64,000 nt of DNA from Tubulanus polymorphus (Eukaryota; Animalia; Nemertea). The DNA lies in contig NC_134034.1 of assembly GCF_964204645.1 (NCBI RefSeq), positions 10,242,962 to 10,306,961 of the forward strand, written 5' to 3'. Shown piece after piece: positions 13,101-30,900 of this stretch (position 1 is its first letter; every line of letters starts with the position of its first letter). Made by a program: the position numbers and the translations under genes. The notes beneath the pieces were generated by a model, which saw nothing but the letters and a program-made list of their open reading frames with translations, was not told the origin of the DNA and made no database searches.

Positions 13101-15957
13101 TTGTTGTTTGCAGGTGTGGTGGATATGGACATGGAAGACTTGCACCTCGTTAAACCGGGAGCGTTCACCGGCGTTCAGGCGTACAAAGACTCCAAGGCGT
13201 CGAATATAATGTTCATGAGAAAACTGGCGAAAGACCTCGACGGAACGAACGTGTCGATTAACGCCATGTGCCCAGGTAAAGCAATATTCTAACACCCTGG
13301 CCTTAAAAAAGAATGGGTTTTTTACTTGGGCTCTAAATCCAGTTCCACATGATTTTAATTTGACTGTGAACCCAGTTCCACAGTTGTGTACTGTTGAATG
13401 GGACAGCCCAGTTCCACAGTTGTATGGTTCTAATTTGACTGTGAACCCAGTTCTACAGTTGTGTACCGTTGTATGTGACAGCCCAGTTCCACAGATGTAT
13501 GGTTCTAATTTGACTGTGAACCCAGTTCTACAGTTGTGTAGCGTCAAATGTGACTGAGCCCAGTTCCACACTTGTGTGGTTCTAATTTGACTGTGAACAC
13601 AGTTGTGTCTGTGTTTAATTTGACTCTAGATCCAGTTCTACAGTTGTGTGGGTTTGAGTTGACTCTGGGCTCTGTTCTGCAGTCATGCGCTTTAGACTCT
13701 GGACCCGGTTCTGCAGTCATGCACTCTAAACTCAGTGCCTCAGTTGTGTGCATTTGATTTCACTTCGGAACAAATTTCTGTTTGCAGGATTTATCCCGTC
13801 GACCGGTTTGGGCAGGAACAATCCGGCCGGAATTAAAGTGTTGATGAAGTTGTTTTCCGTTCTGAGACCAGTGATGAAAACCATTAAAACAGTAGAGCAC
13901 GGAGCCAATATGATCTACGAGTTAGCTGATGAAGAAAAATTCAAAGGTAATTAGAAAAAAAAAATATTAAATTCATTAAGAAGTCGAAGTTCATGCGGAT
14001 CATCGGAGGCTTGATGGAAAGGTATGTTTTAAGAGCGAAAACTAAGATCGCGTTTGTAAGTGGTCGTTCATGAGACGGCTGCTCGACGGTTTGAACTTCT
14101 GTCGCAAGAAAAACTTCCTGCATCGCGACATCAAGTGTTCGAACATCCTCATGAATAACGAGTAAGTTTCGGGCGCTAACGTTTCGATGCGAATATTCTT
14201 CCGACCGAGTTCTGATCGTCAGAGGCATCTGTTAATGATTCGTAGCCACGTTTTAAGAATGACACTGAGGTCGTTTGAAAGTCGTTGGTGTTCGGTCACA
14301 GTTTGTATCGGTTTGAACATTCTTCAGACCGAGTTCTGATCGTCATAGGCATCTGTTAATGATTCGTAGCCACGTTTTAAGAATGACACTGAGGTCGTTT
14401 GAAAGTCGTTGGTGTTCGGTCACAGTTTGTATCGGTTTGAACAATCTTCAGACCGAGTTCTGATCGTTTATCATTCTAACAGCACTATCACAGGAAAATC
14501 AGACAGCTTCACGAAAAAATAATTTCAATAATTTCAGACCTTGTCGTTAAAATTCAGATCTGCGAAAAAAAATATAATAAATCGTCAGAAAATCAAGTGG
14601 TTTAGAAATAACCATAACTAAATCCGGGTCAAAGTATTAGCCCGGGTCTTATCTAGAAACTTAATACATACCGACAAAATCCCGCAGATTGGTCTGAAAA
14701 TTACGACTTGGAAACATAAACCTGTTATGATTCGTAGCCACGTTTTAAGTGTTGAACTACGATTGTGTTTCTAAGTCGTCACTCTTCGGTCGCGGTTTGT
14801 ATCGATGTGAATATTCTTCAGATTCAGAGTTCATCGTAGATGATTAAAATCAGTCGCGTTTAAAACACGAGAAAGTTTGAAAGTCGAAAGAATTAAACTA
14901 AATAAGCTCTCTAACTCAATGAACTCCCACATTTCAGGTGTAACCGGAAAATATTTGGTCGACCTCGAAGAAGGCGAGAGCAGCGAAGAGACTCGCGACG
15001 AGGAGAAAATCGAAAAACTCTGGCAGATGAGCGGCGGGTATCTGAAAATGGACGGATTCGAGCCGTTGGATGTACCCGAGCCGCCCCCGGAGCCCGAACC
15101 CGAAACCGCCAAAGAGGAAACAGTTAAAGAAGAGAAGACCGAAGATAAAAAAGTAGAGGAGGCGAAAACCGATGATGCCAAAGAGGTAAAAGAAGGAAAT
15201 TCTTATAGGGTTTTTAGGATCAACTGTGTTGATCTCTATAGAATGGTTCTGAGAGTAACTTTCTGTTAGCTCTTGGTGGCACAAATTGTAACCACTGAAT
15301 ATACACTGCTGATATTTTTTTATTAGGTGGGAGATAGGTGTTGGAATTAATATGGCGAGTTTCATCCATCAGCTCTAAGCTATTTGGAAGTACTGGGAGA
15401 AAATGTGCAAAATTTCAATGGATCTTTCCCCCATTCTACTAATCGATGCTTGACCTTGTATCTTGATGATAACATCACAGGGAAAGCCCTTCAGGAGGGT
15501 ATCACATGGAAAGCTCTTTAGAAGGGCTTTTCCAGTGACATCATTATCAAGCTGTAATAGGGAAACCCAGTACCATGTATATCATCAGTTGAACATGCTT
15601 CCACTACACAGTGCACCATGTTTCATCTTTATTAGCTGTTTATACGTTATTTCAAATCGAGAACAAATCCATTTTTGTGCTCAAAGGTAAAATGTACACA
15701 GTTGATCCTACTGGAACCCATGGTCCTTTATTAATATACAGATTAGAACTTTAGCCTGAGGGGATTTGTAAATCGGCGAAAAGTGGCGCCACCTTTTTTT
15801 TCCGGTTTTTCGAGTTAGTCTCAATTTGCAAACGATTCGGTATTTCATTCGTGTTTCATCGCAGGACGAAGCGAAAGACGAAAAAGATGAAACCACTAAA
15901 GGCGAAATGGAACCGGAAGACAAAGATAACGACGCCAAAGAAATCAAAGACGAATAA
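10176..15957 (+). CDS. Short-chain dehydrogenase/reductase, retinol dehydrogenase 11/12/14-like, with acidic C-terminal tail
   Basis: Exons 10176-10355 ([17 protein letters not shown]), 11600-11771 ([23 protein letters not shown]), 11943-12068 ([19 protein letters not shown]), 13114-13275 (YKDSK = YxxxK), 13788-13946, 14938-15185, 15865-15957. All GT-AG and in phase. Confidence 0.92.
11381..11546. mobile_element. PIF/Harbinger-type MITE
   Basis: TIRs GGGGTCATTCATTTATAACGTACGCA / TGCGTACGTAATTAATGAATGATCCC, flanked by TAA on both sides (3-bp TWA target duplication). Confidence 0.75.
12320..13092. repeat. 34-bp minisatellite (CCAGGAATGACTGATCTGTAGGGACCCTGTATAT) x about 23, in SDR intron
   Basis: Near-identical tandem units. 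Preceded (about 12220-12320) by the internal 3' part of the MITE seen whole at 30625-30961. Confidence 0.95.
13330..13745. repeat. Degenerate 39-bp-family minisatellite in SDR intron
   Basis: Repeated CCAGTTCCACAGTTGTG..TAATTTGACT units. Confidence 0.8.
14190..14465. repeat. About 125-bp tandem duplication (third diverged copy at about 14725-14830)
   Basis: GACCGAGTTCTGATCGTC..GGCATCTGTTAATGATTCGTAGCCACGTTTTAAG.. repeated. Confidence 0.8.
15462..15552. mobile_element. Short palindromic MITE-like element
   Basis: CTTGATGATAACATCACAGGGAAAGCCCTTC / GAAGGGCTTTTCCAGTGACATCATTATCAAG imperfect inverted arms. Confidence 0.55.
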
Positions 15958-16203
15958 ACCGCGCCATCGACCGTCACCGTGGCAACCGCGCCGAGTACGT
16001 TCCCGTGGGCCATTGTTGTCGATGTAATTTTTCCGCCAGCGCGGCGCGCGGTATAGTAGTTTCAGCACGTACGACGAAAGCGCGACCGATCGAAAAAGAG
16101 AGACACCTAGTGGAGATCAAATGTACTACTATCATAATATAACTATTATTTGTATGGATGTATTTTAACAATGAAAACGAAGAACTGCTTATATATATAT
16201 GTA

Positions 16204-16234
<31 letters not shown>

Positions 16235-16569
16235 GTATAAATGTATTAATTATTATGATTATTATTATTGGCATTACAGCGGTCATAAATGTATGTACAT
16301 AGACTATTATCAATATTATTATTATTACTATGATTAATTATAGTTAACCGAGATTGGGACCAGTGTTATAATGTAGTATAGGTTCGGTGTTGTAATTCGA
16401 AATGTCGTTTGACTGAAAGAAGAGAAGAATTGTTCAGAACTAAACCATGTAAGCTGCCAACTGTTCCTTAACTGTAGGTCTTAGGCCCCTTACATACTGG
16501 TATTAACCGATTCGCATTAACTCTAGCCCCCCCCCCCCTGAGATATTCTGGTATTATGCGTACTGATTA

Positions 16570-16790
16570 ACGAAAAGTGTTACTGAGGGTCTTACCCCCT
16601 TGATTGTTGATAATTTGAACAGAAATATGAAAGATGTTACTGAGGGTCTAACCTCCCTTGCTTGCTGATTAATTTGAACCGAAATATGAAAGGTGTTACT
16701 GAGGGTCTAACCTCCCTTGATTACTGATTAATTTGAACAGAAATATGAAAGGTGTTACTGAGGGTCTTACCTACCTTGGGTACTGATAAA
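16570..16790. repeat. About 58-bp tandem repeat x 4
   Basis: TGTTACTGAGGGTCT(A/T)ACCTCCCTTG..ATTAATTTGAACAGAAATATGAAAGG units. Confidence 0.8.
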
Positions 16791-19264
16791 TTAGAGGACA
16801 GTTTGGATGACAATTTTATCGAAAAGAGAACATTTCAACTAATTATAGGACTAATTAGATACCGTTTAGAACTTAGCGCGTGGAAGTTGGCAGCGTTGGA
16901 TGACTCGCTAAGATGAACGACGACATATATAGATATATATATATATATATATTGAAACCTGCTAGTGCTGCTACTGCTGACACCTATCTGTCATTGTTGT
17001 AACTATGATCACGTCTGTTGTCGTCATTCTTGCCACAAAATGTCGTCTGCTGCAAGCATCGATTGTCGTTCCTCTTTTTGGTTGGTGTTTCGTCCATTGT
17101 TCATCGTCATCATCACGATCATCATCATTGACAGGTTTAATCGTCGCAACTACACGAGCATCACGCGGTTTTTACGCGCAATAGTTATCGTTTACGGTGT
17201 GATATTTTTTTCGTTTTAGGGCGTAGGGAGTTATTTAATCGATCGAGAACAATGTTTTGTTTTTTTTTTTTTCACGATCTTGAAAATACTCTCTTAGTTC
17301 GATGTAGCTTAGTTATAGAAACTATATTCGAGAGATGAATATATCGATGGACATTCTTTGCAGGGAACTGAGGCGGCTTCGGCGGGCCATTGAAATTGCC
17401 AATATTTATTTGCTGAAGGTTATTCCAAAACTTGGACTTGGCCGGCTCTCATCCCTCTGAACTGTTGTGCAATACAGCTATGATTACAAATAGCCCCAGT
17501 ATAGATAGACTTCGATACGAGCCGGGTCAAGGACTTACTTCCACCAGCCTGGCTTTGTAATCAAATTGTAGAGGCATCTGTTTTGTTACAACCTTGTTTA
17601 ACGAGTGAAAACTAAGATCGTTAGAAAGTCTTGCGCATTTAAACGAGAAAGTTATGCAGTTATTGGTCCAATATCAGTTCAAACTCGAAGAAGCCACGTT
17701 CTGGTTTGAATGATCGTGGGTGGCTCCGAAAATATCCAAATCACAGAATTCGGATTCATCTGTTTCTCTCAAGCGGCTGGCTCTGGGTGGACGAGGTTTT
17801 GAAATCGACCAGTGAAAGAATGTCCATCATGAAGGATCGTCGTTTCTGGTTATTATTATGAAACTTGATTTTGGCGTCTGTACGGGTTTGAAAGTGAATT
17901 TATGTGGCTTTAACGGTAGTAGGATCTATTAGCTTAGAAACAGTAGCTAGATAGCGATCAAGAATAGTAAAATTTTGATCCAGAAAAAAATCGATCATGC
18001 GAAATGTTTATATTTTTCGAAGAAAAAATCCACCATTCCATTTCGGGCTTCGACTGGCCAATTATAGAATAGAGCTATTCTAGCTAGGTGAAAGAAAGTC
18101 TTGATGTATTTGATGTATTATTTAGAGGCATTTCTTGCGAGGGCATTTTTTTCATCGTCTAAATATGTGTCTTAGGTCATTCTGTAGTCGGAAAAGATGG
18201 CTGCCAATACGGGTACTTCTGCCTGCGAACATAACCCGTATAATTGTTAATGTACATGAGGGACGGGGGCTTGCAATTCAGCGAAGTATCGGAAGTTGAA
18301 TTCATAAATTATCGGCGGTCGGATTGATGTCAAGTATGGATTTCGGTTTAAAAAATTGAAATAAATCCGCGATTGAATCATGAAAAATTTACGAAGAGCA
18401 TCGAAGTATTTTGGTCCTTTTGATTTGTCGTATACCATGGAGCCCATAGTTGTGGCACGAGCTGTGCTTGAAGTGTTAAGAAATTTTACCTCAATCCGTC
18501 AGTGACCGACCGCTTTTTAGTTTTTTGTACCACTGCAAAGTTTTCTGAAGTCCAATATTGCTTGTTAGCTTAGCTATTGTAAGCATATGATGCGCCATAG
18601 CGTAGGTGGATTGTTTTGTGCGGATACAGGCCGCCATCTTTTCCGTAGAGGTTGATAATGGAATAATTATTTTTTAACGTTAGGGTTAGTAGTAGTTTAG
18701 TGTAGTTTCATTCTACGTGGATACCTCTTGTCTAAAACGCAAAAAAAAAATTATGAACCATTCCCGAGTCACACGGGTTATATGAGAATAAACGATATTA
18801 GGGTTTTACGCTTGCGGACTAATTACTTGATTACTTAATGGCAAATTTATATAAACACATTCATATTTTACGCCAAAACGAAAATGATTTGAAGGTCTAT
18901 ATTTTCGCGATTTCTTTTTAATTTTGTACGATTTGCAAGCGTTATCATACATTAAAAAAAAGATATTTCCGAATTTAAATTTTGTAATTTTCATTACACA
19001 CAAATATATATATACATATATGCGTGCGCCATCACTTGTCCTTCCTCCTAAAATCGTAAAGTTTATTTTTAGCTATTTTTTTACGCGTGAACTGAGAATG
19101 ATATGCATTAAATTTAGATGCTACATTGTTATATTTCTACGAACTGACGTCAGTCGTAGCTGACGATTTCTTACTTGAAGAAATTTTCAGCGGTCGCTTA
19201 TCAAATAGCCTACCGAGCTGGTAATGCAGACTCAGCGTTTCTCCTTACTTTGTTTAGTTGATCT

Positions 19265-19565
19265 GTGAAATGTCTCTTACCGCAGTAAAGGTGGAAACTG
19301 GTAAAATTCTGCCCCAAGTTTGTATCAAATACTGAGTAAGAGTTTGAGAAATACAGTAGAATCGGTCCTTTACTGCGGTCAAGTTGAGACTGGTAAAATT
19401 CTACCCCGAGTTGGTGTCAAATACTGAGTAAGAGTTTGTGAAATACAGTAGACTCTGTCTCTAACTGCGGTAATGTTGAGACTGGTAAAATTCTACCCAG
19501 AGTTGGTGTCAAATACTGAGTAAGAGTTTGTGAAATACAGTCAACTCCGTCTCTTACTGTGGTGA
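19265..19565. repeat. About 91-bp tandem repeat x 3
   Basis: ACTGGTAAAATTCT..TCAAATACTGAGTAAGAGTTTG.GAAATACAGTAGA units, each containing a TA-CAGTAGACTC mariner/pogo-like terminus. Confidence 0.75.
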
Positions 19566-22055
19566 AAGGTTAAGCCATTTATTTTGATAGTCTCATAACG
19601 AAAATAGAACAACCATCATTTACAGAAACCAAATGTGATATTTTGTCTAAAACTAATTATTATAGATACAAATAGCTGCTTTTCAATGAGATTCATTTTT
19701 ACTTGTTCGAAAAAAAGATTGCCTACATATACAGCATACACATGTTTACTATAAGTGTATCATCACCACTCAAGGCTACGGATTGACAAAAGTCATTGCC
19801 CGTGGTTTCATGAACAAAAAGTTAAAACTTAAAATGGTTAAGTCGGAATTGTCATACTTATCGATGCTGCGAAGTTTTCAGTTCATTTTGTATTGACTAC
19901 TTCGTGTGAAGAATAAGTACAGCCATTCAAGCTTAACCGTTTCAAGCCTAACTTTTTCTTTGTGAAGCCCACGCTCATGCCTTTAAAAATGCTTCTTTTG
20001 TAAGAATTTTTTCTTTGCTCGCTTTATACTCTATAAGATAATTTAAAACGATGGTGCTGCGTACGTACATGCTTTGTAGGGGTGTTCATAAAATTCTCTA
20101 GGATTTGTGCTCTTGCATAATCTTTTTTTCCGCGTTATAAAATCGTATCCCGCAATAACACAACCAGTCGGTGCATTTGTCTTCGCGCGTCTTGGTCGTG
20201 AAATTTCGAAAGAAACAAAAAAATTCGTCCCAATTATTTTCTACCGTTTTTTTTTTTTTCAGTCTAATTTTTTGTTCAAAACAAAGTAAAAAATGAATTT
20301 TTTAAATTTTTAGGAAACTCGTTTTTCCGTATTTTCGAGTTGTTTCAAGAATGAATGTATGTTTCGCTCTGCAATCGAATTAGACGTTTACGAAATGGAT
20401 TGTTAACACAATTACCTGGTAATATTATCGGTTAAGATATTCTCGGTGTTAAGTCGTTCGCACCTGTTTGCTTTATCATCACTTATGATCCTCACTTGCC
20501 AGGGTTCGACCGAGACCACCGTGGCCAGTTCGATACGACGAATGCGTGAGGCGTTTTTATTTAAAAGCAACTCGGTTTAAATCGGTTCGCTCGATTGGTT
20601 GGCTATCACGTGATAAATGACCCTACCCTCTAGACCGTAAACGCCAATATTCTGCGGTTGAAAAGCCGCCATTTTGTTTCTCACGATCTATATCTGCACC
20701 ATCTTGGAAATCGAATCAAAGTGCAGCGAGAAGGGATATGACCGCGTTGGGTAGACGAGTTGGTACTTCAGCCGCGAGCGCACGCGCATTTTTGGCCCGG
20801 AACAACTGTTCACGCGGGTGCCAAATGGGCCTGTTTGTTTAAGAAATGAACGATGCGTTCAGTTTTGACACGAATTGCTTGAATGAAAAAACGCCCATAC
20901 TCAAGTTGTAGTGTACATGTCGACTGTGGCAAGTGAGGGCCCATTATCATAATTTATGATGTTATTTATCATTGTGCATGCCATTTATCTGCCAGGCTCG
21001 GGTATCTTCGGGTCCTAGTAACGTCGTAATCGTGTATCTCCATCGTTTTCGTCGTCTTCAAACTGAACTATAAGATATTAATTAATCGATGAATATAAAA
21101 TTTTACGAAAAATAAAAAGATTAAGATCTTGGAAATCTTATTTCATTACGAACTGTTTCAAAATTATATGTATCGAATAAATGAATTATAATAATAAAAA
21201 TCTGTGTGAATTTCCATTAAAATCCTGTTGTTGTTTTTTTTTTTTTTTTGTACAGATTTTCTCAGCGCCAGATTTTGGTTGCCAATAATGTCAGATGTTT
21301 CACTTTTTAGTTGCTATATTTGATTATGAAATTGTCACTCGGGTGAAGTCCTGGCCATTTGTGAAGTATGGCCCAGTTTTAGAAAATATGTCTGGCATTA
21401 GTAGTATGGTAAATTCTCAAACATTTCTCTGGTTAAAGGTCTGAACACATCTGAATTGAGGATGATCAGTTTTTGAAAGAGTGCTGATAAAATGTCTAAT
21501 GTCTGGCGTTTGTAGTTCATCTTTAATTTGAAAGATATGTGGACAATCAGTTTTTGAAAGTGTGCTGATAAAATGTCTGGTGTTTGTAGATCATTTTCAA
21601 TAAGAAATGTTTCCTGAACACATATGACGTGTGGACGATCAAAAGTTGGAAAAATTGTGATAAAGCATCGAAGATTATTAGTCTTGGATTCTTGTTCTCC
21701 CTAAACTAATCTGCGTTCAACAATAGTATCATGACATTTTAGCCAGACTCAATTTCCCTGATGAAACTTTCCTAGGCTATGCAAGACAAGCCTTAGAAGC
21801 CTTAGAAAGTAGGTTTTTTAATCCTATTTTCGACTATTGGCTGTTTTTTCTTCATTGGGGAATAAGAATTTATTCTAAATGGAGTTCGAATTTGTTTTCA
21901 CTGAAATCTAATTTCTGCTGCATGCGCGACAGAAGCCTTAGAGCTAAAGACCTCTGCGTCACTGACTCAAAAAAATAAGGCGCATCTTTATTGTCATCTT
22001 GATTTTTTCAGGAAAATTCTTTGCCTGGTTTTTTTTCAACGGAAGTTTCTTAGTG

Positions 22056-22293
22056 CAGGGTCCAATCTAAGCACTTGTCCAATTGTCCGGGACAAGTATA
22101 TTATCATCAGGGCAAGTAGGTTATCATTATCACTTGTCCTCCGGGCTAGTGCAATTTTATATCTCAAGCTTTTTCCCAAATGATACAACAGTTGGACTGC
22201 TTGTGTAGGGCAGGTAGATTTTTGAGGGGTATGTAAAATTTGAGATATGCTTGCCCTCGGGCAAGTGGTTTTTATTCCTTAGATAGGACCCTG
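22056..22293. mobile_element. MITE with CAGGGTCC(A/T)ATCTA TIRs (hAT-like termini)
   Basis: CAGGGTCCAATCTA ... TAGATAGGACCCTG, with internal repeated GGGCAAGT/ACTTGTCC motifs. No clear TSD. Confidence 0.6.
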
Positions 22294-22894
22294 TAATGTC
22301 AATTCATTTTTGTCTTCCATCGATTTTTCAGGGATATTTCTCTTAATCTTTTGAACACGTACCTCAAATTGGTCTTAAAATACGACCAGTGAAACTGAGC
22401 AGTCTAAATAAAACCATCGTTTTTATATCCATTTACTATTGAAGGATTGCTAAAAAGTATTCTTTAGCTCACATTGAAAACAGAAAAGATCAGCCATTTT
22501 CGTTAGTTTTAAGCTGTTTCCTGTGTTTCCATGCCTATGCACAATAATATTTGATGATTTTGAAGTAATTCTAAATGGTATGGATGGAAACATTGTTGAA
22601 GTTGATTCAGTTCATAAAGTGGAGTCTCTTTCCTCTTGAGTCAAATGAGTCAAAGAAGAATTTTTCCTTCGATACAGCATATAATGGATATAAAAACGAT
22701 TGTTTAAGACTTCACAGTTAAACTGGTCATGACCGATTAGAGGAATGCTACAAAAGATGAATTGAAATAAATATCTCCAAAATTAATGTTGATGACAATA
22801 ATAAATAAACCTAAGAAAATTTTGACGAATAAAACTCTCACAATAGAAATTACACGGTAAATACAAATTAAATTCGGTTTTATTTTCACGATAC

Positions 22895-27520
<4,626 letters not shown>

Positions 27521-27964
27521 ATCCTTAAAAGTGATGAACACATTCTGCAATTAAATTGCATTTGCTATTGCATTTGTTAAAATAAATCTATTTCCGGGTT
27601 CCCCGACCTACAAAATGTGGATTCCCGATTTATTTCCGGCTTCCCCGAACGAGGGATTCCTTTATCGGAACCTACTTTGGGTTCGAATCCCGCATATCTT
27701 TGCCGGTATAATCCTTATATCGAATAATCTCTTTCATGTTTTATGCTTAATTTTGCTCTCCAGATGAATATGGTGGATTCGTCGATATTAGCTGAGCCCA
27801 CAATCGATTCCTTCGTACAGCCGCAAATCCGAGTAAATCAAATTTTATTGTACGAAGCAACGCGTGTGTGGAGCGTTTCCGGTGAATTGCTAAAGTATCG
27901 TTTTCCTGGGTTGTTTTTACGCCGAATTCGTCCCTGTATTGTTGGAATGTTGACCGGTGTCAGG
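27521..27964. promoter_or_regulatory. Bidirectional promoter region between IDI1 and the C2orf76 homologue
   Basis: Head-to-head ATGs about 445 bp apart. Repeated ETS-like TTTCCGG motifs (about 27592, 27634, 27877) and a duplicated TATTTCCGG.TTCCCCGA. Confidence 0.6.
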
Positions 27965-30900
27965 ATGACAGCACCCGACGCGGCTCACGGTACGATCACC
28001 GTGCGTCTGATTCGATCGTTCGAACACCGAAACATAAAACACGTCATTTATAAACACATCGATTTCAGTATGACCGCCAAACAGCTGATGAACCACGTCA
28101 ACCAAGGTGACCAATTGATTTGAAGTTTTTTTTCTTACCTTTACAATCCGTACTTCGTTCTACCTCGATTTCCCAAACCTCACTGACTGGCCCAAAGTAA
28201 AAGGCCCTAGCCTAAGGCCATGAGAATGGATGTTATTTATTAGATTTGCGTCCATCGTTTGGGGTTTGCATGAATGAGCGGGCCTCGATAGCTCAGTGAG
28301 ATAAAGGGTGATGCTGTTACATCCACTGACAGTGCTGAGTGACAAGTGGGTTCGAGTCCTGCTTGCTGCTTACAATGGACACTTCAAAGGTCGTGATCTC
28401 ATTGTGAGATTAAATGAACAATCCAATAAGGTTAATGTCTATTTATTAATTGATGAGACCTGTTTTTCTGGGATATTTTGCTTACTTTTTGGGGTACATA
28501 CCTCATTTATGTCTTAACAGAATGCCAAAAATCGCGGACAACAACTGAATATCCGATATATTTCCAGTTCTGTACCAATTAGATGGATTGGCAAAAAGAC
28601 TCCTTAAGTCCAATTGAATGAGAGAGAAAATCCTCCATTTTGTCAAATTTCTCGAATTTTTACATTGTCACCATGCCTACGAAATGAAGTTATTTTTCTT
28701 GTGGGGTCTCAACAACTAAATCAGGGTGGCGTAGGCATGGTAACAATGTTCAAATCCAAGAAATTTGACAAAATGGAGGATTTTGTCTCTCATTCAACTG
28801 GACTTAAGGAGTCTTTTTGCCAATCCATCTAATTGGTACAGAACTGGAAATATATCGGATATTCAGTTGTTGTCCGCGATTTTTGGCATTCTGTTAAGAC
28901 ATAAATGAGGTATGTACCCCAAAAAGTAAGCAAAATATCCCAGAAAAACAGGTCTCATCAATTAATAGATAGACATTAGACAGACCCGTCTGTCGTTTCT
29001 AAAGGACCCCCTGTTTTTCAAACTAGCTTTCGTTTCAGGGACTGTGACATATTATGGGACCCTCCTGTTTTTCAAAGGGACCTGGCTTGTTAATTTCTTA
29101 TTGAAAACACTGGTTAGTCTTGGGAAACCAAGTTCCAAGCGATGTAAAGCCAAACAAACCCACTAAAAAATTTGATTTTATGTCGAAATTTTCATTATGA
29201 CGTTTTGTATATTTTTCAGATATACAGCATCGTCCTGGCCTGCCGCCGCCTATCCGAAAATTTCAGTACGGTAAGCCTTGACTCTCCTATCCTTATCTCT
29301 TACGAAGACTTTCTCTTATTATCCTGAAGTCGAAATTAGAATGAAATCTCTTCAAATAATCAAATTGTAACTGACCGCGGGGAACTGTGGTGCTCTGGAT
29401 CCAGTCTCACAGGTACAGATTAATTTAATCCGTGCTGTTTGAATAAAACTCTGTGAAATACCAGTTCAATTCCTTCGAGATTTTCATTTAAAAAGAGTCG
29501 ACTTTTCGTATCAATTTTTTAGGAAATCTATACCTTTTACTTAGTGAGAGAGCTAATCTTTTATCAATATGATGACTCATTTGATCATTTTCGGATTTGA
29601 AAGCCTAAAAAAATCAAGCTCAAATTTCATCGAAAATGAACCAATTTTCAATACGAATGACCTGGGATGGGTTTCAGAGATGTGGAAGAAAAATATTCCC
29701 TGGGAACATTTTGAAATTTGTTATAACCATGGTTTCTCATTGGTGGTTGTCATCCAGATTGAGGATTTACCTCTAGGGATAACGTTGATACTCAGGCTAT
29801 GAAACCGGGCCCAGGTGTTTTCTGGCGCCATCTGGTGATTATCGTCGGTACCCCGTGAAATAAGGATTTAGGAATTAAAAACTTTTTCGTAGACTCTTGG
29901 TTCAGAAATTCAGTTGAATCTGGTTTTTTTTTCAGATACGATGAAGATTCAACATAAAGCTCATGGCGCGAAGGTAAAATAAACTTCGCGAAATTTGTGA
30001 AAAATACCCCAAAAAAAAAACCGGTCATTGGTGTGATTGGAGTGAGAATCTAGTTAGAATACTGGGCCCGGTTTTATAGACCAGTATAACCTTTAGCCTG
30101 GGGGCTAACTGAATTGAAAATTAATTAAGTTAGCCGCCGGGTTAAAGGTAGTACCAGTCTATAAACCTGCCCCAGGGTTCTTACAGATGAGGGGCCGTTG
30201 CAGTTGGTCAAAAGTTGGTTACAGTTAATCGGCCGATAAATTCCATAGAATGAACTATTAATTTCCACTATGTCGACTATCTGCTGGTTAACCGTGACCA
30301 ACTTTTCAGCAATAACTGGCTCCAGGGATTTCGAAAAATTCCCGAGTAGTTGTCATAGTTAGGATGATCAGACTTGAAACTTACCCAAATTACAACTTAC
30401 GCTTAGTAAATTCAATTAGAAACACGGGACTCAAAATAGTGTCGACTTACGAAAAATCATTTTCTTTTATTACAGTCAAACGACCCGGTCATCAACACGG
30501 AAAATGACGAATGTTTGATGTTGAAACCGGGCAAAACCTTGTCTGAAAATGGTGTCGGTAAGTTCTTAAAGTCGTTTCCTTGGGAGATTGTCCGTCATCT
30601 TTCATGAGAGATAATAACTATTTACAGGGTCCCTACGGCTCCTTGATTCCTTTAAAACTCCTAAACCAAAAATATTTTTCAAGGCCATTGAATATCCTTG
30701 AATTTTAGCAAAATGCCCAAACGACCTTGAAAACTCCTTGAACTTTGAGAAATTGGCTATTAGGAAATTATTAGGTTTTAGGTCTTGTTATTATACCCAC
30801 AGATTCCACCTAAATCAAATGGTTTACTAAGATAAACAGTACTGATTTAGGAGATGTCTACAGTTAGTATATGAAAGTGATGCCGACACTCTCCTCGAAA

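Noticed and set aside
12231-13571. 446-aa and 277-aa minus-strand ORFs
   Set aside because: Translations of the 34-bp minisatellite (3 units = 34 aa) antisense to SDR exon/intron sequence. No protein features.
27743-27964. Long N-terminal extension of the C2orf76 homologue (ATG 27743)
   Set aside because: Family similarity starts at about 27965. The upstream part overlaps the bidirectional promoter and has no support.
28281-28345. tRNA gene
   Set aside because: A and B boxes are present but there is no acceptor or anticodon stem. SINE-like instead. The same applies to B-box motifs at about 2084, 27680, 46520 and 49464.
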